Source of the DNA: Hemiscyllium ocellatum
Lineage: Eukaryota
Length of the DNA: 64,000 bases
Assembly: GCF_020745735.1 (NCBI RefSeq)
Contig: NC_083410.1
Location: 55,216,117-55,280,116 of the forward strand
Reading direction: 5' to 3'
Positions 13,668-25,708 of the stretch are shown here, piece by piece (the first letter of the stretch is position 1; each line of letters starts with the position of its first letter). The translations under genes were made by a program, and so were the position numbers. The notes below the pieces were generated by a model. The model was not told the origin of the DNA, did no database searches, and worked only from the letters and a program-made list of their open reading frames with translations.

Positions 13668-13980
13668 GGGAGTGGCACGGTGGCTCAGTGGTTAGCACTG
13701 CTGCCTTGCAGCGCCTGGGACCCGTGTTCGATTCCAGCCTCGGACGACTGTCTGTGTGGAGTTTGCAAATTCTCCCCGTGTCTGCGTGAGTTTCCTCCCA
13801 CATCACAAAGATGTGCAGGTTAGGTGAATTGGCCATGCTAAATTGCCCATAGTGATATATTATCCATAGTGATAGGTGCATTAGTAGGGGAATGGGTCTG
13901 GCTGGGTAACTCTTCGGAGTGTCGGTGTGGACATGTTGGGCTGAAGGGCCTGTTTCTGCATTGTGGGGAATCTAATCTAA
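13668..13980 (+). mobile_element. HE1-type SINE, full length
   Basis: A-box tggctcagtgg, B-box gttcgattcc, core gaattggccatgctaaattgccc, CR1-derived tail ending (aatct)2. Confidence 0.93.
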
Positions 13981-14756
13981 ATTGCAGGAACTCTCTGCAA
14001 TTTTATGCCTTTATCTGTCACTGTTAGTAAGCCCCTAGTGCCTGCCTTAAATGTTTCTAACTCACTCCTGTGAAGTCATTGCCCAGTGACCACAGTCAGG
14101 AGGTAGTGAATGGCAAAAGGCTCTGGAGAGGTGTTTGGTTAAGCAACCTATAAGATCAGGCTATGTTCAAATCCAGTCTTGTCAATTTCATATTTAGACA
14201 CTAGAAAGATAATTCAACCCACTGAAACTGCTCCCCTTCAAATGTTTGTTCTTATCATTGTTTTACCAATTTTCAAAATATCAGCACCAGAAACATCAAG
14301 ATTTGACTCTAATGAAACAATTGTATCAGTTAATTGAATTGAGGAAATAAGTAATGGCAAATTGCTACAAATCTATAAAGATATGTGTTTTTATAGATTC
14401 ACCTCATTAGTTTGGGAAAACAGTCAATAAAATTTAAAGAAAAATAACACCACATTTAGGAACATCTTCACAGTGTTACTACAAAATCATTCCAATCCTG
14501 TAGCCCTTCATTAATTGTGTGTTTCTCGTAAGAATTAATGAAATTGATTGTTTTGTTTCATGCAGTGCAACCCATTTAATTTGAACTGGGCACATTTTGG
14601 CAACCATTGGATTTCTTTGAAACTTGGGAGTTTGGCTGACTTTGAATTGTTAATTAGGTTTTTTGAATACTTAGTTTAAAAGACTAAAGACATTGAAGGG
14701 ACTGAAGACATCTCTTTAGGGAGTGTTTGGGTGAAGACATTCCCAATTTTTCTTAA

Positions 14757-14945
14757 ACACACAAAAACTGAGATTTGCTGGTGAAATCCAGCAGGCCTGG
14801 CAGGGTCTGTTAAATTGGACCCAAAACGTTAATTCTGCTTTCTCTTCACAGATGCTGCCAGATGTGTTGAGTTTCTCCAGCAATTTCTGTTTATGTATCT
14901 TTCGACACAAAATATCTCCAACATCTGCAGTTCCTAGTTTTATTC
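14757..14945 (+). mobile_element. Older Penelope-terminus fold-back insertion
   Basis: ttgctggtgaaatccagcagg pairs with gttgagtttctccagcaa. Ends in the PLE tail ctccaacatctgcagt. Confidence 0.7.
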
Positions 14946-15109
14946 CAACTTCACTTAATTGCTGTTATAGGTAAGAAATGCTAAATTTTCAATTTTCTAC
15001 AAAGTGACTGTCTTTAATCCAACTGATAAAATCTACTGACAGAAGATTGGACATGAGAGAGAAGGACAATTTCGATTTGCCAGCTACCTGAGTTTTGTTT
15101 GGAAGATTT

Positions 15110-15280
15110 ATGTATCATCTAGAATAAGATAGGTTCTTAATTACTAAGAGAATCAAGGGTTATGGGGAGAAGGTAGGAGAATGGGGTTGAGAAGCATATC
15201 AGCCATGACTGAAAGGCAAAGCAGACTCATTGGGTAAAATGGGTAATTCTGCTCCTATATCTTATGATCTCATGATCTCA
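15110..15280 (+). mobile_element. CR1 3'-terminal fragment
   Basis: gataggttcttaattactaagagaatcaagggttatggggagaagg...ctgctcctatatcttatgatct is a typical CR1 3' end. Confidence 0.7.
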
Positions 15281-15831
15281 TTCCAGTAATAATCCCTATT
15301 GCTGCTGCACCTCTAGAGCAGATTTCAGGCATAGCTTTAAAGGCCAAGCAGCTCTTCTATATCAAATAGGATTGCAAAATAAAGTTACAATATTTGACCG
15401 GAACTGGGCCAAGTGGTTGTTGGACACAACCCACCCAATTCTCCAAGAAACTGAATGGTCTAACCAGAGTTCAATAAAGTGATTAACGGAAATTGTTGAG
15501 AAAAAAGCCATTTCCATTTCTCTTGTGGGTTCACCAAAACGGACAGATAGACCACTGTTATTGATCATTTCAACATTATCCTGCAACCGCCTTGTCCCTC
15601 CAGGCCCGACATGCCACCCAATTGAGTGTGGGAGCTTACCAGTCTTGCAACTCCCCATCATTGGAGAATTGTTACCACTGATCATGATGATCTTGATATG
15701 AATGGATGGGTGCAGCAGGCTTGTTCCAACAAAGCAATTGTGGACAATCCTCAAAAATCTCCCACTGGACCTCATTGATAGGGTTTGAGAACTCTGACAA
15801 TATGCATTACAGGGGGTGAACAGATAAAGCA

Positions 15832-15940
15832 ATCAGAAACAAAAACATAAATTGTTGGCGAGTGTCAGCAGATCTGGCAGCACTTGTGCAGGGAAAGCAG
15901 AGTCAACACTCCAGGTCCAGTGAGTCTTTCTTAGAACTGG
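15832..15940 (-). mobile_element. Penelope-terminus fragment (degenerate hammerhead region)
   Basis: Similar to the reverse complement of 54330-54430 and 27535-27640. Confidence 0.6.
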
Positions 15941-18769
15941 CAAGCTTTGTTTCACACGCAGCTAGCCACTTGCAAGTTATAAGATTTAATATTGCGTTGT
16001 GTTATGTGAGACAGTTTAATGGGTTCTTATCAAATTCCATATGCTACTTTATCAGAGGCAACAACCCATTTGATATTAACATGTTCATATTGAGATTAAC
16101 TGAGTGGACACAGGAACTTGAACCAAACGTTCTTCCGTATTAGCATGTAGCACAATCTTATCCTGTTCATGCATATATTTTCTTTTAAAATTGTATATTT
16201 TTGACTTGCCATCCACCATTCTGCAGTACCATGCAGAACTCCTGCCAAAAAGGAAAAACAAACAACCTGCTCCCAACCCTTTGCCAGTGCTGGCTTGAGT
16301 TAATCAGGAAGTGGTGTACAGGAGCATTGGAGCAGCTTGTTATTTATTTCTCTTTCCTGTTCTGAAGATGTGTTTCACATGGAATAGGCATCTTTCCCAG
16401 ATTTCCCAGCTGAAACTGACTACTACATGCATGACTAATGTTTCAGGCAAGTCCACTCAGTGAATTGAGTCAATTTTGCTTTATTAATGGGCAGTCTGTT
16501 CAAAATTGGGTTTTGACTGACTAGGGTCAATTGTCAAAATAAATGTAGCCAAATTTTGCGTTATTCAGACTTAAAATTCAACATCAATGATTGACTTTGA
16601 CAGCAAACAAGGGACTGTGAGAAATTTCACAAATATAAATATCACAAATGTATAACTAAAATGTTATATATTTTACAATAAAAGCTCATCTTATCTTTAA
16701 GCTGGGCGTAAGTGGCTGGTATGTTATAGGGATCTGAGCAAGGTGGACTATGGTGAGGTGTTTAGTGACATTTTTTATTTCAAAAATATACTTTATTCAT
16801 AAAATATTTTGATGAACTGTACAATTGGTCATGCCATACATACGTAAGCATTCCATTTCTACACAGAGATAGAGTAGTAATTCGTATATACAAGTCTGTA
16901 CATTGACTATCCAGCTATTCTGCTGAGGCATCAGCGGAGCCCACTTGCTGCGTGGGCCCCCTGTTCTTAGACAGGCAGACGTTACACAGTGGTCTTTCCC
17001 CACCGCGCCTTGGCGGCAGCTGCCCCAAGCTTCAGCACATCCCTCAACACGTAGTCCTGGACCTTGGAATGTGCCAGTCTGCAACACTCAGTCGGGGTCA
17101 GCTCCTTCAGCTGGAAGATCACCAGGTTTCAGACAGACCAAAGAGCGTCTTTCACAGAGTTGATGATCCTCCAGGCACAGTCGATGTTTGTCTCGGTGTG
17201 CGTCCTGGGGAACAGACTGTAGAGCAGAGTCCCGCGTCACAGAGCTGTTCGGGACGAACCTCGACAAACACCACTGCATTCATCTCCAGACTTCCTTTGC
17301 ATAGGCACATTCCAGAGGGTGGTGTGTGACAGTCTCGTCCCACCACAGCCACTTCGAGGGCAGCATGTGGTGCGGCAGAGAGTCAGGGTCTGCATAAAGG
17401 ATCTCACAGGCAGACCCCTCCTCACCACCAGCCAAGCCATGCCATGGTGTTTGTTGGAAAGTTCTGGCAATGAGGCATTCTGCCAAATGACTTTGACAGT
17501 CTGCTCAGGGAACCGCTCGATAGGATCTACCCTTTCCTTTTCCCGAAGGGTCTCAAGGACATTACGTGCTGACCACTTCCTGATGCCCTTGTGGTCAAAG
17601 GTGTTTTTCTTCATAAATTTCTCCATGAAGGACAGGTGATATGGAACGGTCCAACTACTCGGAGCGTTCCGCGGCAGCGAGGCCAGGCCTTCACAACACC
17701 GGGGGCAGATAGAACCTCAGTAAGTAGTGACACTTCGCGTTTGTGTACCGGGGATCTATGCACGGCTTGATGCAGCCACACACAAAGGTGGCCATCAGGG
17801 TGAGGAAAGCATTGGATGTGTTTTTTTGCCCATTGCCAGAGCTTTCTGTACATCGAGTCCCTTCGGACCCAGTCCATCTTTGATCTCCACACAAAATGGA
17901 AGATGGCCCAGGTAACTGCGATGGCACAGGTTCTGGGAATAGGTCAGACCTGTGCCACGTATAATAGCAACGATAGTGCCTCACACCTGATAACCAGGTT
18001 TTTACCCACGATGGAGAGCGACCGTAGCTTCCATCTGCCCAGTTTCTGCCTCACTTTCTTGATACGCTCCCCCCAAGACTTGGCGCACCCCCCAGCCCCT
18101 CCGAACCAAATATCCAGCACCTTCAGGTGGTCAGTCCTGATGGTGAATGGGATGAAGGATTGGTCAGCCCAGTTCCCGAAGAGCACGGCCTCATTCTTGC
18201 CTCGGTTTACCTTGGCCTCCGAGGTCCGTTTGAACTGGTCACATATGCACAAGAGTCTGTGCACGGACAGCGGATTCAAACAGAAAATGGCGACATCAAC
18301 CTGCAGGCCCCCGCTGCCAGGAATAGTCACCCCTCTCAGGCTCGCATCCTTCCTGATGGACTCGGCAAATGGCTCTATGCAGCACACAAACATGGCAGGA
18401 GAGAGAGAGGGCAGCCCTGCCTGACTCCAGATCTGACTGGGAAGCTATCTGATTCTCACCCATTGATGGAGAATGCACTGACAATGTTGGTGTAGAGCAG
18501 TCTGATCCAGTTGCAGATTCCCTCCCCAAAGCCCATTTTGGAGAGAACATCTCTCATATACCTGTGTGATATCCTGTCAAAGGCTTTCTCCTGATCCAGG
18601 CTGATGAAGCAGGTGTCCAAACCCCTGTCCTGCACACAGGCGATCGTATCCCTGAGGAGTGTGAGACTTCCTGCTCAGTACAGCATAGGTTTGGTCAGGG
18701 TGAATCACTGACCCCAGAGCAGACCTGACCCGGGTGACGATGACCTTTGCCAAGGTTTTGTAATCTGCA

Positions 18770-18864
18770 GCTGAAAATGTGTTGCTGGAAAAGCGCAGCA
18801 GGTCAGGCAGCATCCAAGGAACAGGAAATTCGATGTTTCGGGCATAAGCCCTTCATCAGGAATC
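18770..18864 (-). mobile_element. Penelope-terminus mini-insertion with hammerhead, nested in the Tx1 RT
   Basis: Perfect 14 bp TSD TTTTGTAATCTGCA (18756-18769, 18865-18878) duplicates the Tx1 ADYK codons. Sequence matches the 3' end of the PLE at 33600-33676. Confidence 0.93.
18828..18863 (-). ncRNA. Minimal hammerhead ribozyme motif (family 1, AUC variant)
   Basis: Minus strand reads ATTC-CTGATGA-A-GGGC-TTAT-GCCC-GAAA-CA-TC-GAAT. Confidence 0.7.
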
Positions 18865-21175
18865 TTTTGTAATCTGCATTTAATAGTGAGATTAATCTCC
18901 AATTTCTGATTTCCTCCCTCTCCCCCTTCTACTTGTAGATGAGGGTGATGATGCCTTTCCTCATGAATTCACTCATGGCACCTGCCAGAAGCATACTGAC
19001 ATACACCTCCAGCAGGTCCTGGCCAATCAAGTCCCAAAGAGCAGAATAGAGCTCGACCGGTAAGCCGTCACTTCCAGGAGTTTTATTCTTTCTGAAGGAT
19101 CTGAGGGCCTTGGTCAGCTCGTCCAGAGATAGCAGCTATTCCAGCCTCTCCTGTGCTCTGTCGTCTAAGATCTCAATGATAGCAGACAGGAACGACTGGG
19201 AGGCCGCGCTGTCGGTTGGCTTTGAGTCAAACAGACTGACACAGAAGGATTTGCTGATCCTCATGACTTCAGCCTGAGATGACGTTATCGAGCCATCTTC
19301 TTCCTTCAGGCTGCTGAGCACGGAGCTCTCTTTGTGCACCTTCTGGAAGAAGAAACGTGAGCACGTCTCGTCCTGCTCCACAGAGCAGACGCTGGACTGG
19401 AAGATTATCTTGGAGGCCTCCAAGGCAAAGAGCGAGGCTTGCTGGCCCTTCACCTCCTGAAGGTCCTCTGTGACATCGACCTTCAATGTCTGCAGCAGGA
19501 GCAGGTTCTGCATACTTTCCTGGAGTTGGGACAATTTTCCCTGCCTCTCTCTCACCTCCTGAACACCTTTGAGGATGAAGAACCTCTTGATGTTCCCTTT
19601 TACTGTTTCCTATCTGTCCGCTGGGGATTCAAAGAGGGGCTTCACGATTCTCCTACCTGCGTAATCCCTCTTGAGCTCCTCAATGTTTCCTGGGGTCAAC
19701 AGCTTGGTGTTCAGCTTCCACGTTCCCTTACCCGCCCGCTGCTCATCCTGTAGGTGACAGTCAGCCAGCAGGAGGCAGTGGTCAGAAAAGAACACCGGCT
19801 TGAAGTCGGTGGATCTGACCGAGAATGTTCGGGACACAAACAGATAATCTATCCTCGAGCGTGTAGACCTGTCTGCCCGTGACCAGGTGTATCTATACTG
19901 CGGTCCGTCTGCAGGAGTGCTGATGATGTCATGCAGCTTGACACCTTTGTCCGTTTCCATCAGGACTCTGGACGTGGTGTCCAGATTACTGTCTCCCTCC
20001 CCCCCCCCCCCCCACTGGATCGTCCATGGTGAGATGTTTAGTAACACTGGACAAGAAAACCACATCAACATCAAGTTCCATCTCATTTCATCTTTTATAT
20101 TGTTCACAAGTGGCAATGGTGACATTACTGTTAGGTGGTGGTGAGATGAAAATGGAGAGGGATTAATGCTTGTTCAATTCCTCAGCTTGCCTCATTAATA
20201 TTTATTCTCTCATCTTACTGAACTCTCCAAATAAGCTAGTTACTGGGAAAACCTGACAAGGAAACCAGACTGGGTACCAGGCCAATTCTACATGATGTTT
20301 GCTCCAAACAAAATTTTCATTGGCCACAGTCATACTGCAGTGCAGGGCATAGCCAATGGGCACCAGGCACAAACTCACCACTTCCATGGGACATTGACAT
20401 CTGAAACCAGCCAACCCACCAAACCATGCTGGCAGTTGCAGCATTCACTAGCACTGCAGGGCACGCCATCAACTAGCACTGAAAGCAGCAAGACACTGCA
20501 CAAAGGCTCAGGCACCCAGCTCACCAACAGAACCAGGCTGCATTGAAGGGATACTTGATAGCTCTCTGAGTACTCTAGTTCCAACCTGCATAGCCGCAGC
20601 ATCCATATCATGCCAATCACTGCCAATTGGCACAGTAACAGAAACAGACAGCTTGCCTCACTGGTCAGCAGCCCTCAGACTAGAGAGGTGCAAATCTTGC
20701 AATATAATAGTGTGTTGCATCAGTCTCACATCTGAACAATGTGCCAGCAGCTTATATTACAGACAATCTGTGTTCAGCAAGGAAAGTCTTAAAGTGTGGG
20801 AAGAGAATTCCTCACTGAAGTTTATGGAAACACTTCTCAATCAGGTGGTGTCACCACAGTATGTGAAGGGAATTGACCACATTCAGGCAAATGGTTGGGG
20901 TTTAAATCAGTCAAGGGGTCCATGCCTCTGCTGTTCAGGGAGTGGATCATGGTAAATCCATTGGCTCTGTAGCACAACATCCAAGAGGTGAGCCTAATGT
21001 GGTCATGGCGATATATATACACCATTCAGATGTCTGGACATGTTTTGCCTTGAACTGTGCAGTCATGTTGGCTGACAGGGTGAGCCACAGTCAGTCTGTT
21101 GGGTCTGTCAGCAGAACCTAACAGGGAAAGTTGCACCATCTCAGCTGCTGCCATGAGACTAATTGTATTGGATAG

Positions 21176-21367
21176 AGACAAACAAAACTGCAGATGCTGG
21201 GATCTACAGACAAGCAGGAGGCTGGAAGAACACAGCAAGCCAGTCGATGTTTTGATGTAACTCTTCTTCAGGGCTAAAAAGGGGTAGACCAAAAACATTT
21301 ACTTCTACATCTCCTGATGCTGCCTGGCTTGCTGCGTTCTTCCAGCTTCCCGCCTGTCTACGTTGGA
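21176..21367 (-). mobile_element. Penelope-terminus fold-back insertion
   Basis: ctgcagatgctgg tail on the left. ggctggaagaacacagcaagccag is the reverse complement of ctggcttgctgcgttcttccagct. Confidence 0.8.
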
Positions 21368-21982
21368 CTAACTCTCAACATGTTAGTCTTTGAGACTGGG
21401 GGCTGCAGGCTCTGGGCAGGGGCACAGTATAATTGTGAAGGGAAGGCAAGACTAGCAAGGGAGGGAGACATTTAAACACTGTTGGGAAGGGGGTAATGCA
21501 GGAGGGGAGTTGTCAGCTGTCAGGAGCACCCTGGCTTCAAGGGGGAAGGAATGGACCACACAGTGTATGGACACCTCAAATGCCAGAGGCTGAATGGGAA
21601 ACATGCGTAGGCCTAGACTCTTAGAGATTAGTTGGGTAGAGACTTGGGGAAGTGGAAACCTTGTAGGGTTCACAGGGTAGGCTACTAGAAGAGAATTCAG
21701 ATATCTGTGGGTTCACTGGTATGTTCAGGCTGAGGCTGAAAGCCACTGACAGAGGAGTGCTCACTGTCATCATCTATGGCTGCATTGACAGTGAGTGGGG
21801 TAAGTGACTCATGATAGAATAGACTTCAGCACATGCTGACCATAGGATTTTTAAAGGGTAAGAACATTGCTCACAGACCCATGCATTGTGCAGCACACAG
21901 ACACATGTGCTGCCTACTCCCGGAACATCAGACAGCATTGATCCTCTCTGTACCTGGCACCTCCCTGGCAGAGCGACTGCCA

Positions 21983-23043
21983 GGTAAAAACAGTGACTGC
22001 AGATGCTGGAAACCAGATTCTGGATCAGTGTTGCTGGAAGAGCACAGCAGTTCAGGCAGCATCCAATGAGCAGCGAAATCGACGTTTCGGGCAAAAGCCC
22101 TTCATCAGGAATAAAGGCAGTGAGCCTGAAAACATGGAGAGATAAGCTAGGGGAGGGTGGAGGTGGGGAGACAGTAGCATAGCGTACAATGGGTAAGTGG
22201 GGGAGGAGATGAAGGTGATAGGTCAGGGAGGAGAGGGTGGAGTGGATAGGGGGAAAAGTAGCTAGGCAGGTCGGACAAGTCCGGACAAGTCATGGAGACG
22301 GTGCTGAGCTGGAAGTTTGGAACTAGGGTGAGGTAGGGGAAGGGGAAATGAGGAAACTGTTGAAGTCCACATTGATGCGCTGGGGGTGAAGTGTTCTGAG
22401 GCGAAAGATGAGACGTTCTTCCTCCAGGCATCTGGTGGTGAGGGAGCGGCAGTGAAGGAGGCCCAGGACCTCCATGTCCTCGGCAGAGTGGGAGGAGGAG
22501 TTGAAATGTTGGGCCATCGGGCAGTGTGGTTGATTGGTGCGGGTGTCTTGGAGATGTTCCCTAAAGCGCTCTGCTGGGAGGCGCCCAGTCTCCCCAATGT
22601 AGAGGAGACCGCATCGGGAGCAACGGATACAATAAATGATATTAGTGCATGTGCAGGTAAAACTTTGATGGATGTGGAAGGCTCCTTTAGGGCCTTGGAT
22701 AGAGGTGAGGGAGGAGGTGTGGGCACAGGTTTAACAGTTCCTGCGGTGGCAGGGGAAATTGCCAGGATGGGAGGGTGGGTTGTAGGGAGGGCGTGCGCCT
22801 GACCAGGTAGTCATGGAGGGAACAGTCTTTGTGGAAGGTGGAAAGGGGTGAGGAGAAAAATATAGCCCTGATGGTGAGATCTTTTTGGAGGTGGCGGAAA
22901 TGTCGGCGGATGATTTGGTTTATGCGATGGTTGGTAGGGTGGAAGGTGAGCACCAGGGGCGTTCTGGCCTTGTTACGGTTAGAAGGGTGGGGTCTGAGGG
23001 CGGAGGTGCGGGATGTGGACAAGATGCGTTGGAGGGCATCTTT
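21983..23043 (-). mobile_element. Penelope-like element, 5'-truncated (GIY-YIG region plus 3' terminal repeat), frameshifted
   Basis: RTPLVLTFHPTN and AQHFNSSSHSAEDMEVLGLL...EEERLIFRLRTLHP are homologous to the 33918-35806 ORF. Terminal hammerhead present. Confidence 0.93.
22077..22112 (-). ncRNA. Minimal hammerhead ribozyme motif (family 1, GUC site)
   Basis: Minus strand reads ATTC-CTGATGA-A-GGGC-TTTT-GCCC-GAAA-CG-TC-GATT. One mismatch in stem I. Confidence 0.75.
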
Positions 23044-24329
23044 ACAACTCATCGACAGCTACACCCTTGTGCACAAAGGGATCCAGGTATTAGAGCAGGC
23101 ATACAATTGTCGTTATACGACCAATACTATGGGTATACAATGTTCCCCTGCTTCCAGATGGTGCAATAAGCTCCCAGCTCAGACCTTCCTCCAATGAACA
23201 TCATCTATGGCCATGAAGTGCTGCCCAGTTACTCCTAGGATTCATTTACTGTCTAAACAGAGATTCACAATCTCGTGACAGTTAACACCAGCAACATTTA
23301 TGCAGAAACCAATAGTCAGGTACAAGTTTTTTCCAACAGTGTCATCAAAATGGCTTCAATAGGTTTTCTTCTTTCTTTCCCTCCCATGACGTCTTCATGT
23401 ACTCCCTGGTTCCACAGCTGAAGGGAACCGGCTCGGCAGAGGAGCTCATTGACCTTGCAGGTTTGTTGGGGAGAGCCCAGGAGAGTACGTATCTGGATGG
23501 GCTGAACATGTTGAGGATCTGCTGGCTAGAGGTAAGTTGACCCTCTTCAAATTGAACAACTAAGGGTTAGAGAGGGTCAGGCAGGGTGGAGATGGAGGAC
23601 CTGACCACCTCTGCAGCATCCTGAGGGGAAAGTGTGATGGCCCTGTGTGAGATTTCATGTCTAACTGGAGGCTCCTGGCACTGCTCTGTCTCCTTGTGAG
23701 GAGGTGTCAGCTGTACTGGTGTCAAAGTTCGCTTCCATCATGTCTTTGGTCGTGAGGACCAATGGAGAGGGTGATGGGGTACAGTGTGTGTGCCCCTCTC
23801 CAGTAGCCCTGAGGGCACTGAGTCTGGCACTTTGTGGCAGCTGCCAACCTTTTCATGGAGTCTGCCAGATATTTACAGGATTTGCTGTACTGCTGCAGCC
23901 TGTGACTCATGAGGAGCATTGCCTCCCACATATAAGGTTGTTATATCTGGGCTGCTGAACTGTACAGAAGGCAGCCTTGTCATTGCTTCCTCTGATGCCT
24001 CCAAGCTGCCATACTCAGAGGTCCAGGCTGATGGTATTGGAGCTGGGTGCTCCTCAACAGCGTTTGAGGCCAGACTAGAAGTGTGACATGAACCCAAGGT
24101 CCCAGTTGATTTTTAACAAAACGTATGGCGTTTATTTTTTTTATCGAGGGATATGGGATTATGCTTGATAAGTCATGATGAGTAAAGAATCACAATTGTT
24201 TTACTGTGCAGGAGGTGGCCATTGTGTCTGCACCAGCTACCCACTGAGCATTGTGACTTAGTGCCAATCTTCTGCCTTTTAGCCGTACTCTGGCGCATTG
24301 TTTCTATTCAACTACCCATCTAGTACCCT

Positions 24330-24700
24330 TCAACTCCGACAGACCCCATACTCTCATGCAAACCCTCTCTTATAAGCTCACACATACTCTCCCATACTCC
24401 CACCCTCTCACAGATTTATACCGCTTTACACTCACACTTACTCACAGACACTCATAACTCCCACCCCCACCCCCATCTCCCCATCCGCCACACACACACA
24501 CACACACACACACAAGTTTGTGGAGTGAACTTGTACTTGCAGAAGTACATTCTTTTTTGCTCAAAAGCTGCATGAATCCATGTAAGATTCTGTAAATCCA
24601 TTTTTTAGATTAGAATCAGCCTGACCATTGTGGCACAGACAGTCCCACACAGGGCACCTCACTACCTTCAATGCATTATCTGGGCCGACATGACACCAAT
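24330..24700 (+). mobile_element. Probable PLE 3' non-coding fragment containing a (CA)n microsatellite
   Basis: CA/CT-rich tract with (CA)n at ~24488-24514, followed by sequence I recall as lying upstream of the PLE terminus type seen at 30605-30897. Not verified. Confidence 0.45.
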
Positions 24701-24939
24701 TCCTGTTCCTTCTAGTAATCTCTTGTCCTTCTTTCCCAATATTTTGTGCAATAAAGTTTAGGTATTTTGTTTTCTAATGATAGAATAGAGTTGAAGGCTC
24801 ATGAATCATAAATTGGTCACAAAATATACTTGCTTAATATTTGTTAAGGCAATTGTGACAAAATATGTAGCTGCTGATTATTCAGGTTTATTGTAAGATT
24901 TAAATTGTTGTATGAGTTTAAAGGGAATGTATATCAATT

Positions 24940-25708
24940 GAAAGCAAATCTAAGCACGACTTATACACACAATGATAAGATCCTTGGGAGTGTTGCTGAG
25001 CAAAGAGACCTTGGATTGCATGTTCATAGCTCCTTGAAAGTGGAGTCGCAGGTAGATAGAATAGCGAAGAAGGCATTTGATATACTTTCCTTTATTGGTC
25101 AGAGTATTGAATATAGGAGTAGGGAGGTCATATTGTGGCCATACAGGGCATTGGATAAGCCAATTTTGGAATATTCTGTGCAATTTGCCTCCCTCCTTTT
25201 GGAATGATGTTGTGAAACTTGAAAGTGTTCAGAAAAGATTTACAAGGATGTTGTTGGGTTGGAGGATTTAAGCTATAGGGAGAGGTTGAATAGGCTGGGG
25301 CTGTTTTTCCTGGAGTGTCGGAGGCTGAGAGATGACCTTCCAGAGGTTTATAAAATCATGAGGGGCATGGATAGGATAAATAGACAAAGTCTTTTCTGTC
25401 TGGCAGGGAGTCCAGAACTAGAGGGCATAGGTTTATGGTGAGAGGGGAAAGATATAAGAGGGACCTAAAGAGCAACTTTTTCATGCAGACACTGGGGTGT
25501 GAATGGATTGATCTGCCAGATGAAGTGGTGGAGGCTGGAACAATTGCAGCATTTAAAAGGCAACTGGATGGATAAATGAATAGAAAAGGTTTAGCAGGAT
25601 ATGGACCAAGTGCTGGCAAATGGGACTAGATTAATTTAGGATATCTGGTCGGCATGGTTGAATTGGACCGAAGGCTCTATTTCCATACTGCACATCTCCA
25701 TGTCTCTA
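24940..25708 (+). mobile_element. CR1 (HER1-like) LINE 3' fragment
   Basis: EQRDLGLHVHSSLKVESQVDR...LEYSVQF and SYRERLNRLGLF...VYKIMRGMDR, followed by the CR1 3'UTR. Confidence 0.92.

Larger units (their letters stand above)
16771..20025 (-). mobile_element. Tx1/L1-clade non-LTR retrotransposon, 5'-truncated and frameshifted (APE endonuclease C-half, RT, C-terminal Zn-finger, polyA)
   Basis: YTWSRADRSTRSRIDYLFVS...FSDHCLL (APE); LLNADYK, VIHPDQT, CIEPFAESIRKD (RT); CCPRSGCG (Zn-finger region). AATAAA plus an A-rich tail at 16771-16800. 21 bp TSD at 16750-16770 and 20026-20046 with 2 mismatches. Confidence 0.93.

Noticed and set aside
13668-13745. tRNA-like heads as tRNA genes
   Set aside because: They continue into SINE core and LINE tail, with no complete cloverleaf or terminator.
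15362-15832. 156 aa minus-strand ORF as a host exon
   Set aside because: No recognisable domain and no convincing splice sites. Possibly the antisense of a decayed retroelement.
16210-16241. Minus-strand acceptor followed by VLHGTAEWWM, reminiscent of a Src-family (BLK-like) SH3 segment
   Set aside because: Only ~10 aa. Similarity does not continue (no GY.PSN), the donor would be a non-canonical GC, and no other kinase exons were seen.
16797-20144. ORFs of 100-200 aa on the + strand
   Set aside because: They are antisense to the Tx1 ORF2 remnants.
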